A DNA stretch of 38,647 nt. It comes from an uncultured Acidimicrobiales bacterium. GTDB taxonomy: Bacteria; Actinomycetota; Acidimicrobiia; Acidimicrobiales; SZUA-35. The position numbers and the translations under genes are program-made. Positions within the stretch are counted from its first letter, which is position 1. The number at the start of each line of letters is the position of its first letter. A model generated the notes under the pieces. The model was not told the origin of the DNA and did no database searches. It saw nothing but the letters and a program-made list of their open reading frames with translations. Shown here in pieces: positions 18,637-27,706 of this stretch. Location of the stretch: NCBI GenBank assembly GCA_938028175.1, contig CALJAE010000156.1, positions 1 to 38,647 of the forward strand, read 5' to 3'.

Positions 18637-19103
18637 GTTAGCTCCATCAATATATTCCCAAGGCGAACTCTGTCACCCAGGTACGCCTGTTTCGGTCCTC
18701 TAAGCTTTTGATTATTCAAAAATGTTCCATTGGTCGAACCAAGATCTTCGACTACAAGTCCCTTCGAGTTCTTAGTGATCTTGACATGCTCTTGGGAAAT
18801 AAAAGAATCTTCGAAAACTAGGTCACAACTCTTTGCTCTACCAATTGTTAGTTCACTAGAAACTTCGTAGATCTTGCCTTGTTGGTCCGAGGGTTCCAGG
18901 ACACGCAGCGTCGATGGCCTTGCTGCCTTTGGTGCTCGACCGACGCTCGGCCTATTTTTGCGGAAGTCTCGAGAAGCCTGAACCTGTTGAACAGAGACAC
19001 GCGTTGTTGAACCCTTCCACACCACCTGAAGCACGCGAAAGAAGAACAGGTATATCAAAAGTAAAAATCCCCACTTAAATAGGGTAAGGATTGGATCTTC
19101 CAC
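18633..19103 (-). CDS. fhaB: FHA domain protein FhaB/FipA
   Basis: It has an N-terminal TM and a C-terminal FHA domain (LTIGRAKSCDLVFEDSFISQEHVKI...DLGSTNGTFLN). The start is GTG. Confidence 0.85.
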   Translation of the reverse strand: MEDPILTLFKWGFLLLIYLFFFRVLQVVWKGSTTRVSVQQVQASRDFRKNRPSVGRAPKAARPSTLRVLEPSDQQGKIYEVSSELTIGRAKSCDLVFEDSFISQEHVKITKNSKGLVVEDLGSTNGTFLNNQKLRGPKQAYLGDRVRLGNILMELT

Positions 19104-19162
19104 TACCTATCAGGGTATCGGGCTAGCAAACAGTCAACGACAACTATGGGCAAGGCTGCCCT

Positions 19163-19825
19163 TTATTGTCTAAACCAGAGCTTCACAGTCCCGATCTCAA
19201 TTGCATCGCCATCTTTAAGTACTGCCCGACCACATGTCTTACCATTTACTTTGATGCCGTTGGTAGAACCAAGGTCTGAAAGCTCAAATGTGTCTGCTGA
19301 TGGGATAAGTTCAGCATGACGGCGAGAAACATTCTCATCAGCTAGAACCACGTCACAATCTGTTTGACGACCAATTACCATATCTCTCAGGTAGAGCTCA
19401 TAGGTAGCACCTGCCAATCCTTCAAGGATGGCATCGGACTTAGCGGATTCGTCGAGAGTCTCATCGAACGTCGGATGAACCGTACACATTCCGACTTTGA
19501 CACGATCGTCGGACTCAATCAGAATTTCCAACGGGCCTACGAAACCAAGATCTTTGTCGCGGGCGTAAGTTCTAGCGCTCGCCATGAGCTCTTTAATCAA
19601 GGACTCTGAGATTGGTTCGAAAGACTCGTGATCAGAAGGTGCCAAGTTAAACAAGTAATGATTCGGTGCAATTGAGCGGCCGTTTACATCTAACTTGCGT
19701 GCTGACTCCAACTCTTTGATTAGGCGCTTACCTAGTTCAACTGGCTGCAGCTCTGACTTAAATGCACGCGAAAAGGTACCTTCTACAAGTTTTTCTAACG
19801 CTGCTTCAATGCCCTTTAATACCAC
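19163..19825 (-). CDS. fhaA: FhaA-type protein (DUF3662 N-domain plus FHA domain)
   Basis: The N-terminus LEKLVEGTFSRAFKSELQPVELGKRL is DUF3662-like. The C-terminus is an FHA domain (VIGRQTDCDVVLADENVSRRHAEL...DLGSTNGIKVNG). The start is GTG. Confidence 0.85.
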   Translation of the reverse strand: MVLKGIEAALEKLVEGTFSRAFKSELQPVELGKRLIKELESARKLDVNGRSIAPNHYLFNLAPSDHESFEPISESLIKELMASARTYARDKDLGFVGPLEILIESDDRVKVGMCTVHPTFDETLDESAKSDAILEGLAGATYELYLRDMVIGRQTDCDVVLADENVSRRHAELIPSADTFELSDLGSTNGIKVNGKTCGRAVLKDGDAIEIGTVKLWFRQ

Positions 19826-19909
19826 TCTATTAAGGGTAGTTGTGCAGAGGCTTTTTGCAAATAAGCTACGTGAGACATAGTCCCTATCACCTCAGCTAAC
19901 CTGAGATCT

Positions 19910-20434
19910 ATGAAAAGTGCGATCTTGCTACGAGGAATCAATGTGGGAGGCCACAATAAGGTACCGATGGGAGAGCTGAAAGAGGCGTTAGCGGGGATCG
20001 GCTATCCAGACACTGTCACCTACTTAAATAGCGGAAATGTTGTGGTTGGAGCAGACCATGTCGTTGAAGCCTCCACTATCTCAAACCTAGTGGAATCAAA
20101 ATTTGGGCTAGATATCCCGGTTGTTGTACAAAAGAAGGCTCAAATAGAAGCAGCGATCAAGAACAACCCTTTCACCAAGTTCGAGCCTAAGAGGCTGCAT
20201 GTTATGTATTTGGACGGAAGCGTTTCTGCGTCAAAGGCCCAGGCACTGGATACATCCATCTACGAACCCGACCAAATAGCAGTCAAAGGTAGACACATGT
20301 ATGTGCTTTACAAAAAGGACTCCTGGTCATCAAAAGCAACTATCAAAGTTCCAGAAAGCTTATTTGGCGTGACCGCCACGGCACGCAATTGGAATACCGC
20401 CCAAAAGCTGGTGGAATTGATGTCTAACAAATAA
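19910..20434 (+). CDS. DUF1697 domain-containing protein
   Basis: The N-terminus AILLRGINVGGHNKVPMGELKEAL is the characteristic DUF1697 start. 174 aa. Confidence 0.8.
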   Translation: MKSAILLRGINVGGHNKVPMGELKEALAGIGYPDTVTYLNSGNVVVGADHVVEASTISNLVESKFGLDIPVVVQKKAQIEAAIKNNPFTKFEPKRLHVMYLDGSVSASKAQALDTSIYEPDQIAVKGRHMYVLYKKDSWSSKATIKVPESLFGVTATARNWNTAQKLVELMSNK

Positions 20435-20491
20435 ACGGCTGAGTTACATAAGTTAAGTTGTCGACGAAATTCAGTTAGCTAGCCTGGGCCG

Positions 20492-21574
20492 TTGATGATT
20501 GCTCAAATTGACCAAGCTTGTGGATCTGATCCAGGACTCTTATGTGAGTTCATTTTCGAACAGACCGAATCAGAACAACTAGCCTCATTCTTTGACACCT
20601 GGCTACTAGTTCCAATACGAGTACTAGTGATTCTTGTATTGGCGGTCGTAATCTTGCAACTGCTGCGTTTCTTTATCCGAACGGGCGTCACCAGCTTGGC
20701 CAAGACAAGCGCCCACCGAATCGCCCGTTCAGAAGATGACGCTACACCTGTCACTATCGAGAGAGCACTGAGACGAGCCGAAACACTCATCGCAGTTATT
20801 CAATCTCTGGCCACAGTTGTGGTTTGGGTGACAGCAGTATTCTTTATCCTCAATGAATTCCAAGTCTCCCTTGGCCCACTGTTTGCTGGTGCAGGTGTCC
20901 TCGGAATTGTTATAGGTTTCGGTGCACAAAGAGTGGTCGCAGACTTCTTGTCCGGATTCTTTATGCTTTTCGAAGACCAATTCGGCGTCGGTGACGTAGT
21001 CGACCTCGGAGAAGTTACCGGTCGTGTTGAAGACGTCTCTTTAAGAACAACTACAGTTCGAGACGTAAACGGCACGGTCTGGCACATCAGGAACTCGGAG
21101 ATCACGCGAGTAGCCAATAAGTCACAGTTATGGTCACGAGCCGTAATAGATGTCAATGTTGCCTACGACACGGATCTAAGAAGAGCCGAAGGTATTATCC
21201 AGCGAGTTGCCGATAACCTTTGGCATGACAAAAGCTTCACCAAGGGACAAATTATCGATGCTCCCGAAGTATGGGGTGTTGAAGATCTTGGGGCAGATGG
21301 CGTTAGCATCCGACTAGTTGTCAAGACAGATCCAGCCGAGCAATTCGCTGTAGCTCGAGAACTGAGACTGAGAATTAAGGAAGCCTTGGAAGAAGCTGGC
21401 ATTGAAATGCCATTTCAGCAACGAACAATCTGGCTACGACAAGACGACACTCATGTGAAGAGAAGTGAAAGACCAGATGTGGAGACAGCACCAATTCGTT
21501 CATCGTCGATGACAAACGAATTTTCTATAAGTGAGATAGCTGAAGAAGTAAACAAGCAACCTAACGTCGAGTGA
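20492..21574 (+). CDS. mechanosensitive ion channel (MscS) family protein
   Basis: It has TM helices followed by GIVIGFGAQRVVADFLSGFFMLFEDQFGVGDVV..G.VEDVSLRTT.VRD..G. The start is TTG 20492 or ATG 20495. Confidence 0.9.
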   Translation: MMIAQIDQACGSDPGLLCEFIFEQTESEQLASFFDTWLLVPIRVLVILVLAVVILQLLRFFIRTGVTSLAKTSAHRIARSEDDATPVTIERALRRAETLIAVIQSLATVVVWVTAVFFILNEFQVSLGPLFAGAGVLGIVIGFGAQRVVADFLSGFFMLFEDQFGVGDVVDLGEVTGRVEDVSLRTTTVRDVNGTVWHIRNSEITRVANKSQLWSRAVIDVNVAYDTDLRRAEGIIQRVADNLWHDKSFTKGQIIDAPEVWGVEDLGADGVSIRLVVKTDPAEQFAVARELRLRIKEALEEAGIEMPFQQRTIWLRQDDTHVKRSERPDVETAPIRSSSMTNEFSISEIAEEVNKQPNVE

Positions 21575-22619
21575 TTCGACCGCTTTCGGAAACCTCAAAT
21601 ACTTCATCTACGAAGGCAAGCTCTTCAGGGATTGCTTCATCAAGCAAGAATGAAGGGTTGATGCAGTTTCTCACCCTGACGCCGGTCATAGATTCACTTA
21701 TAGCAAACTGATCTTGACCAATTCCAGCTTCAACAATATCGGCAAGCTGAGCCCCTCTAAAGTCAGACACTCTCTCCCAACTACAGCCATCACCGGCCTG
21801 CCATGTCCCTTGAACTAGATCCCCAATCCAATAATCACCGTTGTCGATTGCCGAAAGTGGCTCAGCCAGCTCACTCCACTCTGACCACTCACCACAACCA
21901 GGGGTTGAATAGAAGAAGTCTGGCTCGACTCCATTAATGTGGACCATTAGACGACCCTCGGTAATTGAGTCAGAACCAATCAACTGAACAGATCCATCTT
22001 CAGCAATCCTGGTAAGTTCATAGCTACAATCTGTTGTCTCAACTGGCGTTACGTAAATTCCTGGATCTATTGTTCCAGCAATTTCTGATAGTGATGTTCT
22101 ATCTCCAGCTTCGACAGTCGATAGGTTGACTTCGTCAAAGTCAAGGTTGTATTCATCCAGAATGTCTTCGAGTTCTTCGTCCAACTCTTCGGAGAACTCA
22201 CTTGGAAAGTCAAGCTCTTCTGTTTCAGAATCATCGGACTCTTCCTCATCCTCTTCTTCGTCCTGGTCTTCGTCGCCATCGTTTTCGTCGTCTTCGTCCT
22301 CATCATCATCTTCCGGAAGTAGATCTAGTTCGCTCCCCGCTAGAAACTCTGAATCCAATTCATTGTCTTCATCTTCTTCTAGAAACTCAGTGGCATCGGA
22401 GTCACCGACTTGAAAAACTTCACCGGCCGAAAAAACAGTCTCAAATGCCAAGTACTCTGGCACCTGCTCAAGATCCACGTTTACTATGTCGCCGTCTTCA
22501 TCAGAACCATCCCCAGAAGCACGATTCGAATCTTCGGTAGAACCCACAAGAACCCAAGTCAACCCAAAAGCTAGTGCGCATACACCGACGAGAAACAACG
22601 AAATCTTAAGGATCTTCAT
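21561..22619 (-). CDS. hypothetical exported/anchored protein with polyacidic tract and Cys-containing C-terminal domain
   Basis: ATG start. It has an N-terminal signal/anchor (ISLFLVGVCALAFGLTWVLV), a run of about 70 aa that is almost entirely D/E, and a C-terminal domain with conserved-looking Cys/Trp residues. I recognise no family. Confidence 0.6.
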   Translation of the reverse strand: MKILKISLFLVGVCALAFGLTWVLVGSTEDSNRASGDGSDEDGDIVNVDLEQVPEYLAFETVFSAGEVFQVGDSDATEFLEEDEDNELDSEFLAGSELDLLPEDDDEDEDDENDGDEDQDEEEDEEESDDSETEELDFPSEFSEELDEELEDILDEYNLDFDEVNLSTVEAGDRTSLSEIAGTIDPGIYVTPVETTDCSYELTRIAEDGSVQLIGSDSITEGRLMVHINGVEPDFFYSTPGCGEWSEWSELAEPLSAIDNGDYWIGDLVQGTWQAGDGCSWERVSDFRGAQLADIVEAGIGQDQFAISESMTGVRVRNCINPSFLLDEAIPEELAFVDEVFEVSESGRITRR

Positions 22620-22681
22620 GCTTTATAGGTCGGACGGACTATCCCCTTTTTAAGCATCTACAGGCATATTTCACACAAAAA

Positions 22682-23338
22682 TTGAAGATACCTAGATATG
22701 GTCAAATGGTGTCGAATTCTGGACAGGACAAACCTAGCCAAACAGTGGGCGTGGGGCCCTATCCGAAACCATGGCCAGTCGGAGCAAATTTCGATCCAGA
22801 ACTCCTAGCGAACGGGGATCGTCGGAACGTAGTAGACAAGTACCGCTACTGGACCATGGAAGCCATTGTGGCCGATCTCGACAAGCATCGTCATAGTTTT
22901 GAAGTAGCCATTGAGAACTGGCAGCACGATCTAAACATCGGAACGATTGTTAGAACAGCCAATGCATTCTTAGCTAACAAAGTCCATATTGTCGGAAAAA
23001 AAAGATGGAATAAGCGAGGGGCGATGGTCACCGACAGGTACCAACACGTAGTCCATCACCCAACAGTTGAAGAATTTGCTGCAGAAGTTAAAGAATCAGA
23101 TAAGCACCTAGTTGGTATCGATAATCTTCCCGGATCTCGTTCGATCACGGATGCAAAGCTTGATGTTAAAACCGTATTCGTCTTTGGGCAAGAGGGTCCC
23201 GGCCTATCCGAAGAGATGCGAAATGCTTCAGACCAGCTGCTCTTTATTCCACAGTTTGGATCAACTCGCAGCATCAATGCAGGAGTGGCTTCTGGAATTG
23301 CGATGTACGAGTGGATCTCGCAGAACGCTTCGAGCTAA
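22682..23338 (+). CDS. TrmH/SpoU-family RNA 2'-O-methyltransferase
   Basis: NIGTIVRTANAF, VFGQEGPGLS and IPQFGSTRSINAGVASGIAMYEW motifs are present. The ORF starts at TTG 22682; ATG 22706 is an alternative start. Confidence 0.85.
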   Translation: MKIPRYGQMVSNSGQDKPSQTVGVGPYPKPWPVGANFDPELLANGDRRNVVDKYRYWTMEAIVADLDKHRHSFEVAIENWQHDLNIGTIVRTANAFLANKVHIVGKKRWNKRGAMVTDRYQHVVHHPTVEEFAAEVKESDKHLVGIDNLPGSRSITDAKLDVKTVFVFGQEGPGLSEEMRNASDQLLFIPQFGSTRSINAGVASGIAMYEWISQNASS

Positions 23339-24414
23339 GAATCTCCATCAACTGACAACACTAAGTCATCTTTTGTTGGCGGACTCAGCTGACTATTAAC
23401 CGTTGCCGATCTGTGTTCCTTTTCCTTAACGGTTACCAAGCCAAGCAATACGGCAAAGAACGCTAAACCGGCAACTGCAGCAATGAACGGCGCTGGTAGG
23501 CGGAAGCCGCAGCCATTGGCTAGTTGATCTCCGAACACTACGACTGCTTGTCCTTCATCTTCGATGCCCCAAACCGATTGGGTTGCGCACCCTTGGTTTC
23601 TAACTCGGGAGTTAATTTCCGATGATAGAGGCTGCGTCTCATCGCCTGTGACAGACGAAGTCGCTAAACCATCTCTCACAAATAACAAAACTTCGGCGCT
23701 GGTAGCTTCTTGAACTCTTAAGGCAAACGAACGTGCACTAGGTTGTGGATTATCAGGGGCCAGGGCAACGAGACGGAGTCCTGTATCAGCATTAACTTGT
23801 GCAACAGCTTGCCTAAGTGCTTCTTCGCTGATGTCATCTCTAGAGGCGCCAACGTATGTTTCGTCATCCGAAATCTCTTCTAATACGAACTGAAGAGTCT
23901 CGCCTCCGACTGAATCCCGTTCTTCTTCTACAACTTCATCAAGCCCATCAAATTCGCAACCCTGTTCCAAGCTGACTACAAACTCATCGACAGCTGAGAC
24001 TAGATCTGACTGCTCTGTTGCTACATCGTTTGAACATGCGAAAGAATCATCCAGATCAACCAGCGATTGGGCGTTGGCGTTCCTCACAAAGGTGAACGAC
24101 TGACCGTCGTCAAACGCAAGAACATCGTAGTCAACGACCTGTAGCAATTCTGAAGAAAACTCAGCGGCCGTTTGCTCGCTACCGGCAACATCTACGATCA
24201 CGAGATCAAGACCTATCCCAGATGCAACCTGGATCTGGTCAACATAAGTTTCGACCAGATCAGATTCGACTTCTTCTTCTATTGAAACAAAGACACCAGT
24301 CTCCTCGAGGGCTGTGACTATCTCGTCAGCCACCTGGGCACTAGCGGGCGCTGCTAACAGCCCAAAAGTAAAAAATGTAATTACTGCGAATACTAAGCGT
24401 TTGATGAAAACCAT
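23335..24414 (-). CDS. hypothetical exported acidic protein with C-terminal TM anchor
   Basis: I prefer the ATG at 24414 because it gives a textbook signal peptide (MVFIKRLVFAVITFFTFGLLAAPASA/QV). The ORF is open to TTG 24453. It shows two similar acidic modules and a C-terminal TM (FIAAVAGLAFFAVLLGLV). It may be TPM-like, but that is unverified. Confidence 0.6.
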   Translation of the reverse strand: MVFIKRLVFAVITFFTFGLLAAPASAQVADEIVTALEETGVFVSIEEEVESDLVETYVDQIQVASGIGLDLVIVDVAGSEQTAAEFSSELLQVVDYDVLAFDDGQSFTFVRNANAQSLVDLDDSFACSNDVATEQSDLVSAVDEFVVSLEQGCEFDGLDEVVEEERDSVGGETLQFVLEEISDDETYVGASRDDISEEALRQAVAQVNADTGLRLVALAPDNPQPSARSFALRVQEATSAEVLLFVRDGLATSSVTGDETQPLSSEINSRVRNQGCATQSVWGIEDEGQAVVVFGDQLANGCGFRLPAPFIAAVAGLAFFAVLLGLVTVKEKEHRSATVNSQLSPPTKDDLVLSVDGDS

Positions 24415-24445
24415 TTTATAGGCAAGCGCAGCTAAACCTAGGAGC

Positions 24446-25027
24446 TTAGTCAAGGTTAATATAAGGGCACTCTTCTGAGAAAGTTCTCAGAACCTCTGCC
24501 TTTATATTCCAAGTTTCTCCATCAAAGAACTTCGCCGAAAGCTGATTACCGAGGTAAACACCTAACTCTGAAGAAATAATACTTGAATCAGCAACACCAT
24601 AAGCGTCACATATTAGATCTGAAGCCAAAGCGCTTAGACCATGTGGGTCGTTGAGATTATAAGCGTCTGCTGGCCTAACTCTGATCTGAGCCAAAGCTCT
24701 CGGCACCTCGTCTGCAAGTTTGCGTTGCACCTCATAACCACCTGCTACTGAGATGCGCTGATATAGCGCAGGCAACATTCTGGTAGGAACAATGTTTACC
24801 GCAGTTAGCAGCGATTCATCGATGCGCCCTGTCGCCATTGGTGACCAGCTTGGATCTAAGTCTTTTGCAGCTCGAGCCGGATTAATCTGCTGACCATGTG
24901 ACCAGAACTGGACACTGTCACCTTCCAGAAACTCTCCCCTCTCAGATGGTTTGAGATTCAACCACTCTTTTTCGGTAATGAGGACCCACCCCCCTACCTT
25001 CTTTATAAGTATTTGATCGATTTCCAT
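24446..25027 (-). CDS. hypothetical soluble protein, immediately downstream of amt
   Basis: 193-aa ORF with an ATG start 3 nt after the amt stop. It has no TM and no recognisable motif, and it is not PII-like. Confidence 0.6.
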   Translation of the reverse strand: MEIDQILIKKVGGWVLITEKEWLNLKPSERGEFLEGDSVQFWSHGQQINPARAAKDLDPSWSPMATGRIDESLLTAVNIVPTRMLPALYQRISVAGGYEVQRKLADEVPRALAQIRVRPADAYNLNDPHGLSALASDLICDAYGVADSSIISSELGVYLGNQLSAKFFDGETWNIKAEVLRTFSEECPYINLD

Positions 25028-25030
25028 GAC

Positions 25031-26455
25031 TTATACCGCTGCAGTCTCTTGCTTGTCAGAGTCGACTAAATCTATCTCATGGTAAGGCCATTCGCCGTCA
25101 ATTACTGCGCCACTCATTTCCACTACTGGGTCGATTCTTAATCCAACAAAGCGACGAATCGTCCAGTAAACGGCTCCCGAGGTTAGGGCAGCCCAAACAA
25201 TACAGACGACAACCCCCAGAATCTGGACAAGAACTTGTTGTGGCACGCCACCAACAAAGTCGGCCCGTATTCCAGGTCGTGCGAAGATTGGAAGAACGAT
25301 TAAGCCTACAATCGCAGCAGCACCGTGGATTGGGAACACGCCGAGAGCGTCATCGATCTTCAACTTAAGTAAGAAGTCAGAAGACCAACTCACTGCAATA
25401 CCTGCAAGAAGCCCAGTTGCAATTGCGCCCCAGAACGAAGCCCAGTCGACACCTGGTGTAATGGCAACCAGTCCTCCGAGAGCACCCGATACTAACTTGG
25501 CGCTGAACTGGTACCGCTTCTGAAAAAGATAGCTGTAAAGACCTGCACTGAGTAGTCCAGCCACCGCTGACAGGTTTGTCAGAATGATTATGTTAACAAC
25601 GGAGCTATCAAAGGCGAAGAGACTTCCTCCGTTGAAACCCCACCAACCGAGCCAGAGAATTACTGTCCCTAATAGCGTTAGCCCAATATTCGACTCTTCC
25701 ATCTCACGGGGCTCGCCATTCGGACCAAATCGCCCCAAACGAGGACCAATCATTTTGATACCCACCAAAGCGACCGTTGCGCCAAGTAAGTGAACTACTG
25801 ATCCACCAGCGAAGTCATGGAATCCAAGATTAGCTAGCCAAGCAGTATTGTCTGCATCGATAAAGTTACCCCACACCCAATGCCCATAAACCGGGTAAAT
25901 GAAGAGACCCAACGCAAGCGCAATGATTGCATAGGCTAGAAGGGTTGTGCGCTCGACCAAAGACCCTGATACAAGGGTGATAGCTGTACCGGCGAATGCT
26001 AGCTGAAATAGAAAGAATGTCGGACCAATAATTTGTAGCTCGCCCTGTGCTCCTAAGATAACGGCTTCTGAAATTCCATTTAGTGCAAATAGATCGAATC
26101 CAAAGAGCCCGCCAGCCGAACTTCCGAACATGAGGCCGAATCCGATAAAAGCAAAAGCAAGTGTTGAGATACCCCAGTCAACAATGTTTTTGATGGCTAC
26201 GGCTGCGGCGTGAACTGGTCTGGCTAAGCCAACTTCGAAACATAAGAATCCTGCCTGCATAAAGAATACCAAGGCGGCACTCACCAGGACCCACAACTCG
26301 TTAGGGATGTTAAACTCATCCCCGGTGAAAACAATGCTTCTTCCGCCACCGTCAGTTAACGAGTAGCCAGCAATTATCATCACAACCGCTATGAAGACTA
26401 AAGAAAACCAACTTCTAATGTTTCTAGCCTTCGACTCAATATTTGTTGCCGCCAT
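25031..26455 (-). CDS. amt: ammonium transporter (Amt family)
   Basis: Multi-TM protein with FFMQAGFLCFEVG, DFAGGSVVHLLGATVALVG and IHGAAAIVG motifs. The ATG at 26455 is preceded by GGGGAGAG at SD distance, although the ORF is open to 26485. Confidence 0.9.
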   Translation of the reverse strand: MAATNIESKARNIRSWFSLVFIAVVMIIAGYSLTDGGGRSIVFTGDEFNIPNELWVLVSAALVFFMQAGFLCFEVGLARPVHAAAVAIKNIVDWGISTLAFAFIGFGLMFGSSAGGLFGFDLFALNGISEAVILGAQGELQIIGPTFFLFQLAFAGTAITLVSGSLVERTTLLAYAIIALALGLFIYPVYGHWVWGNFIDADNTAWLANLGFHDFAGGSVVHLLGATVALVGIKMIGPRLGRFGPNGEPREMEESNIGLTLLGTVILWLGWWGFNGGSLFAFDSSVVNIIILTNLSAVAGLLSAGLYSYLFQKRYQFSAKLVSGALGGLVAITPGVDWASFWGAIATGLLAGIAVSWSSDFLLKLKIDDALGVFPIHGAAAIVGLIVLPIFARPGIRADFVGGVPQQVLVQILGVVVCIVWAALTSGAVYWTIRRFVGLRIDPVVEMSGAVIDGEWPYHEIDLVDSDKQETAAV

Positions 26456-26515
26456 TTTCTCTCCCCAATATGAGATCAACATCAATTTTTCGAATAATTC
26501 GATAAGCGCTCTAAC

Positions 26516-26815
26516 TTACTCTTCGTAAAGTGCTTTTCTGATTCCTTCAACGAACGGATTCTCCGCCGCAAAATAGTCGTCAAACGCGACAGCAAGGTCA
26601 TCTTCTACTTCAACTAATAATTCTTCAATTATCACTTTGTTTGATCTTCCCGCCAGGTTCCCATTAAGTTCGTCGAGCATCAACGATTTTTCACGTGACA
26701 ACTCGGCTACAGATTGTCTCAATACTGAGATCTGCTCTATTAATTCTATCTTTTCTTGCTCTAATTGAGTCATTAATTTTTCCGATGCCATATGGTGCCT
26801 TCGGCCCATACCCAC
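26516..26815 (-). CDS. hypothetical small acidic coiled-coil protein
   Basis: 91-99 aa. A heptad-like segment (MTQLEQEKIELIEQISVLRQSVAELSREKSLMLDEL) is present. The likely start is ATG 26791, which follows GAAGG. Whether it is truly coding is uncertain. Confidence 0.45.
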   Translation of the reverse strand: MGMGRRHHMASEKLMTQLEQEKIELIEQISVLRQSVAELSREKSLMLDELNGNLAGRSNKVIIEELLVEVEDDLAVAFDDYFAAENPFVEGIRKALYEE

Positions 26816-26837
26816 TATTTGTTAGGATGAGGGCCCT

Positions 26838-27677
26838 GTGAACCGTAAAACAAGAATTGCCTATTTAGGCCCTGCCGGCACCTTTACCGAACAAGCACTC
26901 AAAAATCAGCCTGATTTAGCGGACTGTGAACTAATTGATATGCCAAGATTTGTCGACATTTTGGCTGCTACAGCAGCTGGAAAAGTTGATTTCGGGTTCG
27001 TGGCAATCGAGAATGCCTTAGAAGGGACCGTCAATATCACCGTAGATGCTCTGGTTTTCGAGCATGATCTGGTCATAACAAGACAAGTCGATCTGGATAT
27101 ACAGCTCGATCTAATGGCCCCATCTGGTGTTGACCTTTCCACAGTTGAGACTGTTATATCTCACCCGGTTGCGCTCGCTCAATGCAGACAATATTTAAAT
27201 AGCAAACTGCCTGGCGCGTCCACCCAGCCAGCGAACTCAACTTCGGCAGCAGCAAAACGAACGCTATCTGAAACTAATACAGCTGCTCTAGCAAATAGCC
27301 TCGCTGCTGAGATCCATAGTTTAGAAGTAATCGATCACGATGTTGCCGATCATAAGCTAAACAAAACCAGGTTTGCTCTGGTAGCACAAGATGGGATCCC
27401 CGATCCAACCGGAGACGACAAAACAACGATCGTCGTGTTCCAGGACAAGGATAAACCCGGGTCGCTCATTTCAATTCTGCAAGAGTTCGCAACCCGCAAG
27501 ATCAACCTGACAAGAATCGCCTCCAGACCAATTAAGACAGAGGCGATGGGCAATTATTGTTTCGTAATCGAGTTTGATGGCCACATTGCAGACGAACTCG
27601 TGGACGATTGTCTAGCCAAAATCAAATCTAAACACACCAACATTAAGTTCTTGGGCAGCTACGCAAGTTTGGATTAG
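26838..27677 (+). CDS. pheA: prephenate dehydratase (PDT plus ACT domain)
   Basis: IAYLGPAGTFTEQA and TRFALV are present, plus an ACT region (DKPGSLISILQEFATRKINLTRIASRP). The start is GTG. Confidence 0.9.
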   Translation: MNRKTRIAYLGPAGTFTEQALKNQPDLADCELIDMPRFVDILAATAAGKVDFGFVAIENALEGTVNITVDALVFEHDLVITRQVDLDIQLDLMAPSGVDLSTVETVISHPVALAQCRQYLNSKLPGASTQPANSTSAAAKRTLSETNTAALANSLAAEIHSLEVIDHDVADHKLNKTRFALVAQDGIPDPTGDDKTTIVVFQDKDKPGSLISILQEFATRKINLTRIASRPIKTEAMGNYCFVIEFDGHIADELVDDCLAKIKSKHTNIKFLGSYASLD

Positions 27678-27706
27678 TCCAAAAGCAGATGGCTGGTTAG
27701 ACCTAG

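Noticed and set aside
22126-22540. Poly-Ser (95 aa) and basic (112 aa) ORFs lie on the plus strand, with an 80-aa minus-strand ORF in another frame.
   Set aside because: They are frame and strand shadows of the GAn/GAT-rich polyacidic tract of the 21561-22619 gene, and are expected from the codon periodicity.
26486-26837. I considered a riboswitch or leader RNA, for example a glnA-type glutamine element, upstream of amt in place of the 99-aa ORF.
   Set aside because: I could not identify the conserved glnA-motif pairing elements by eye. The region maintains a long open frame with heptad periodicity and a GAAGG-ATG start, so a small protein is the simpler reading. This needs an Rfam/Infernal scan to settle.
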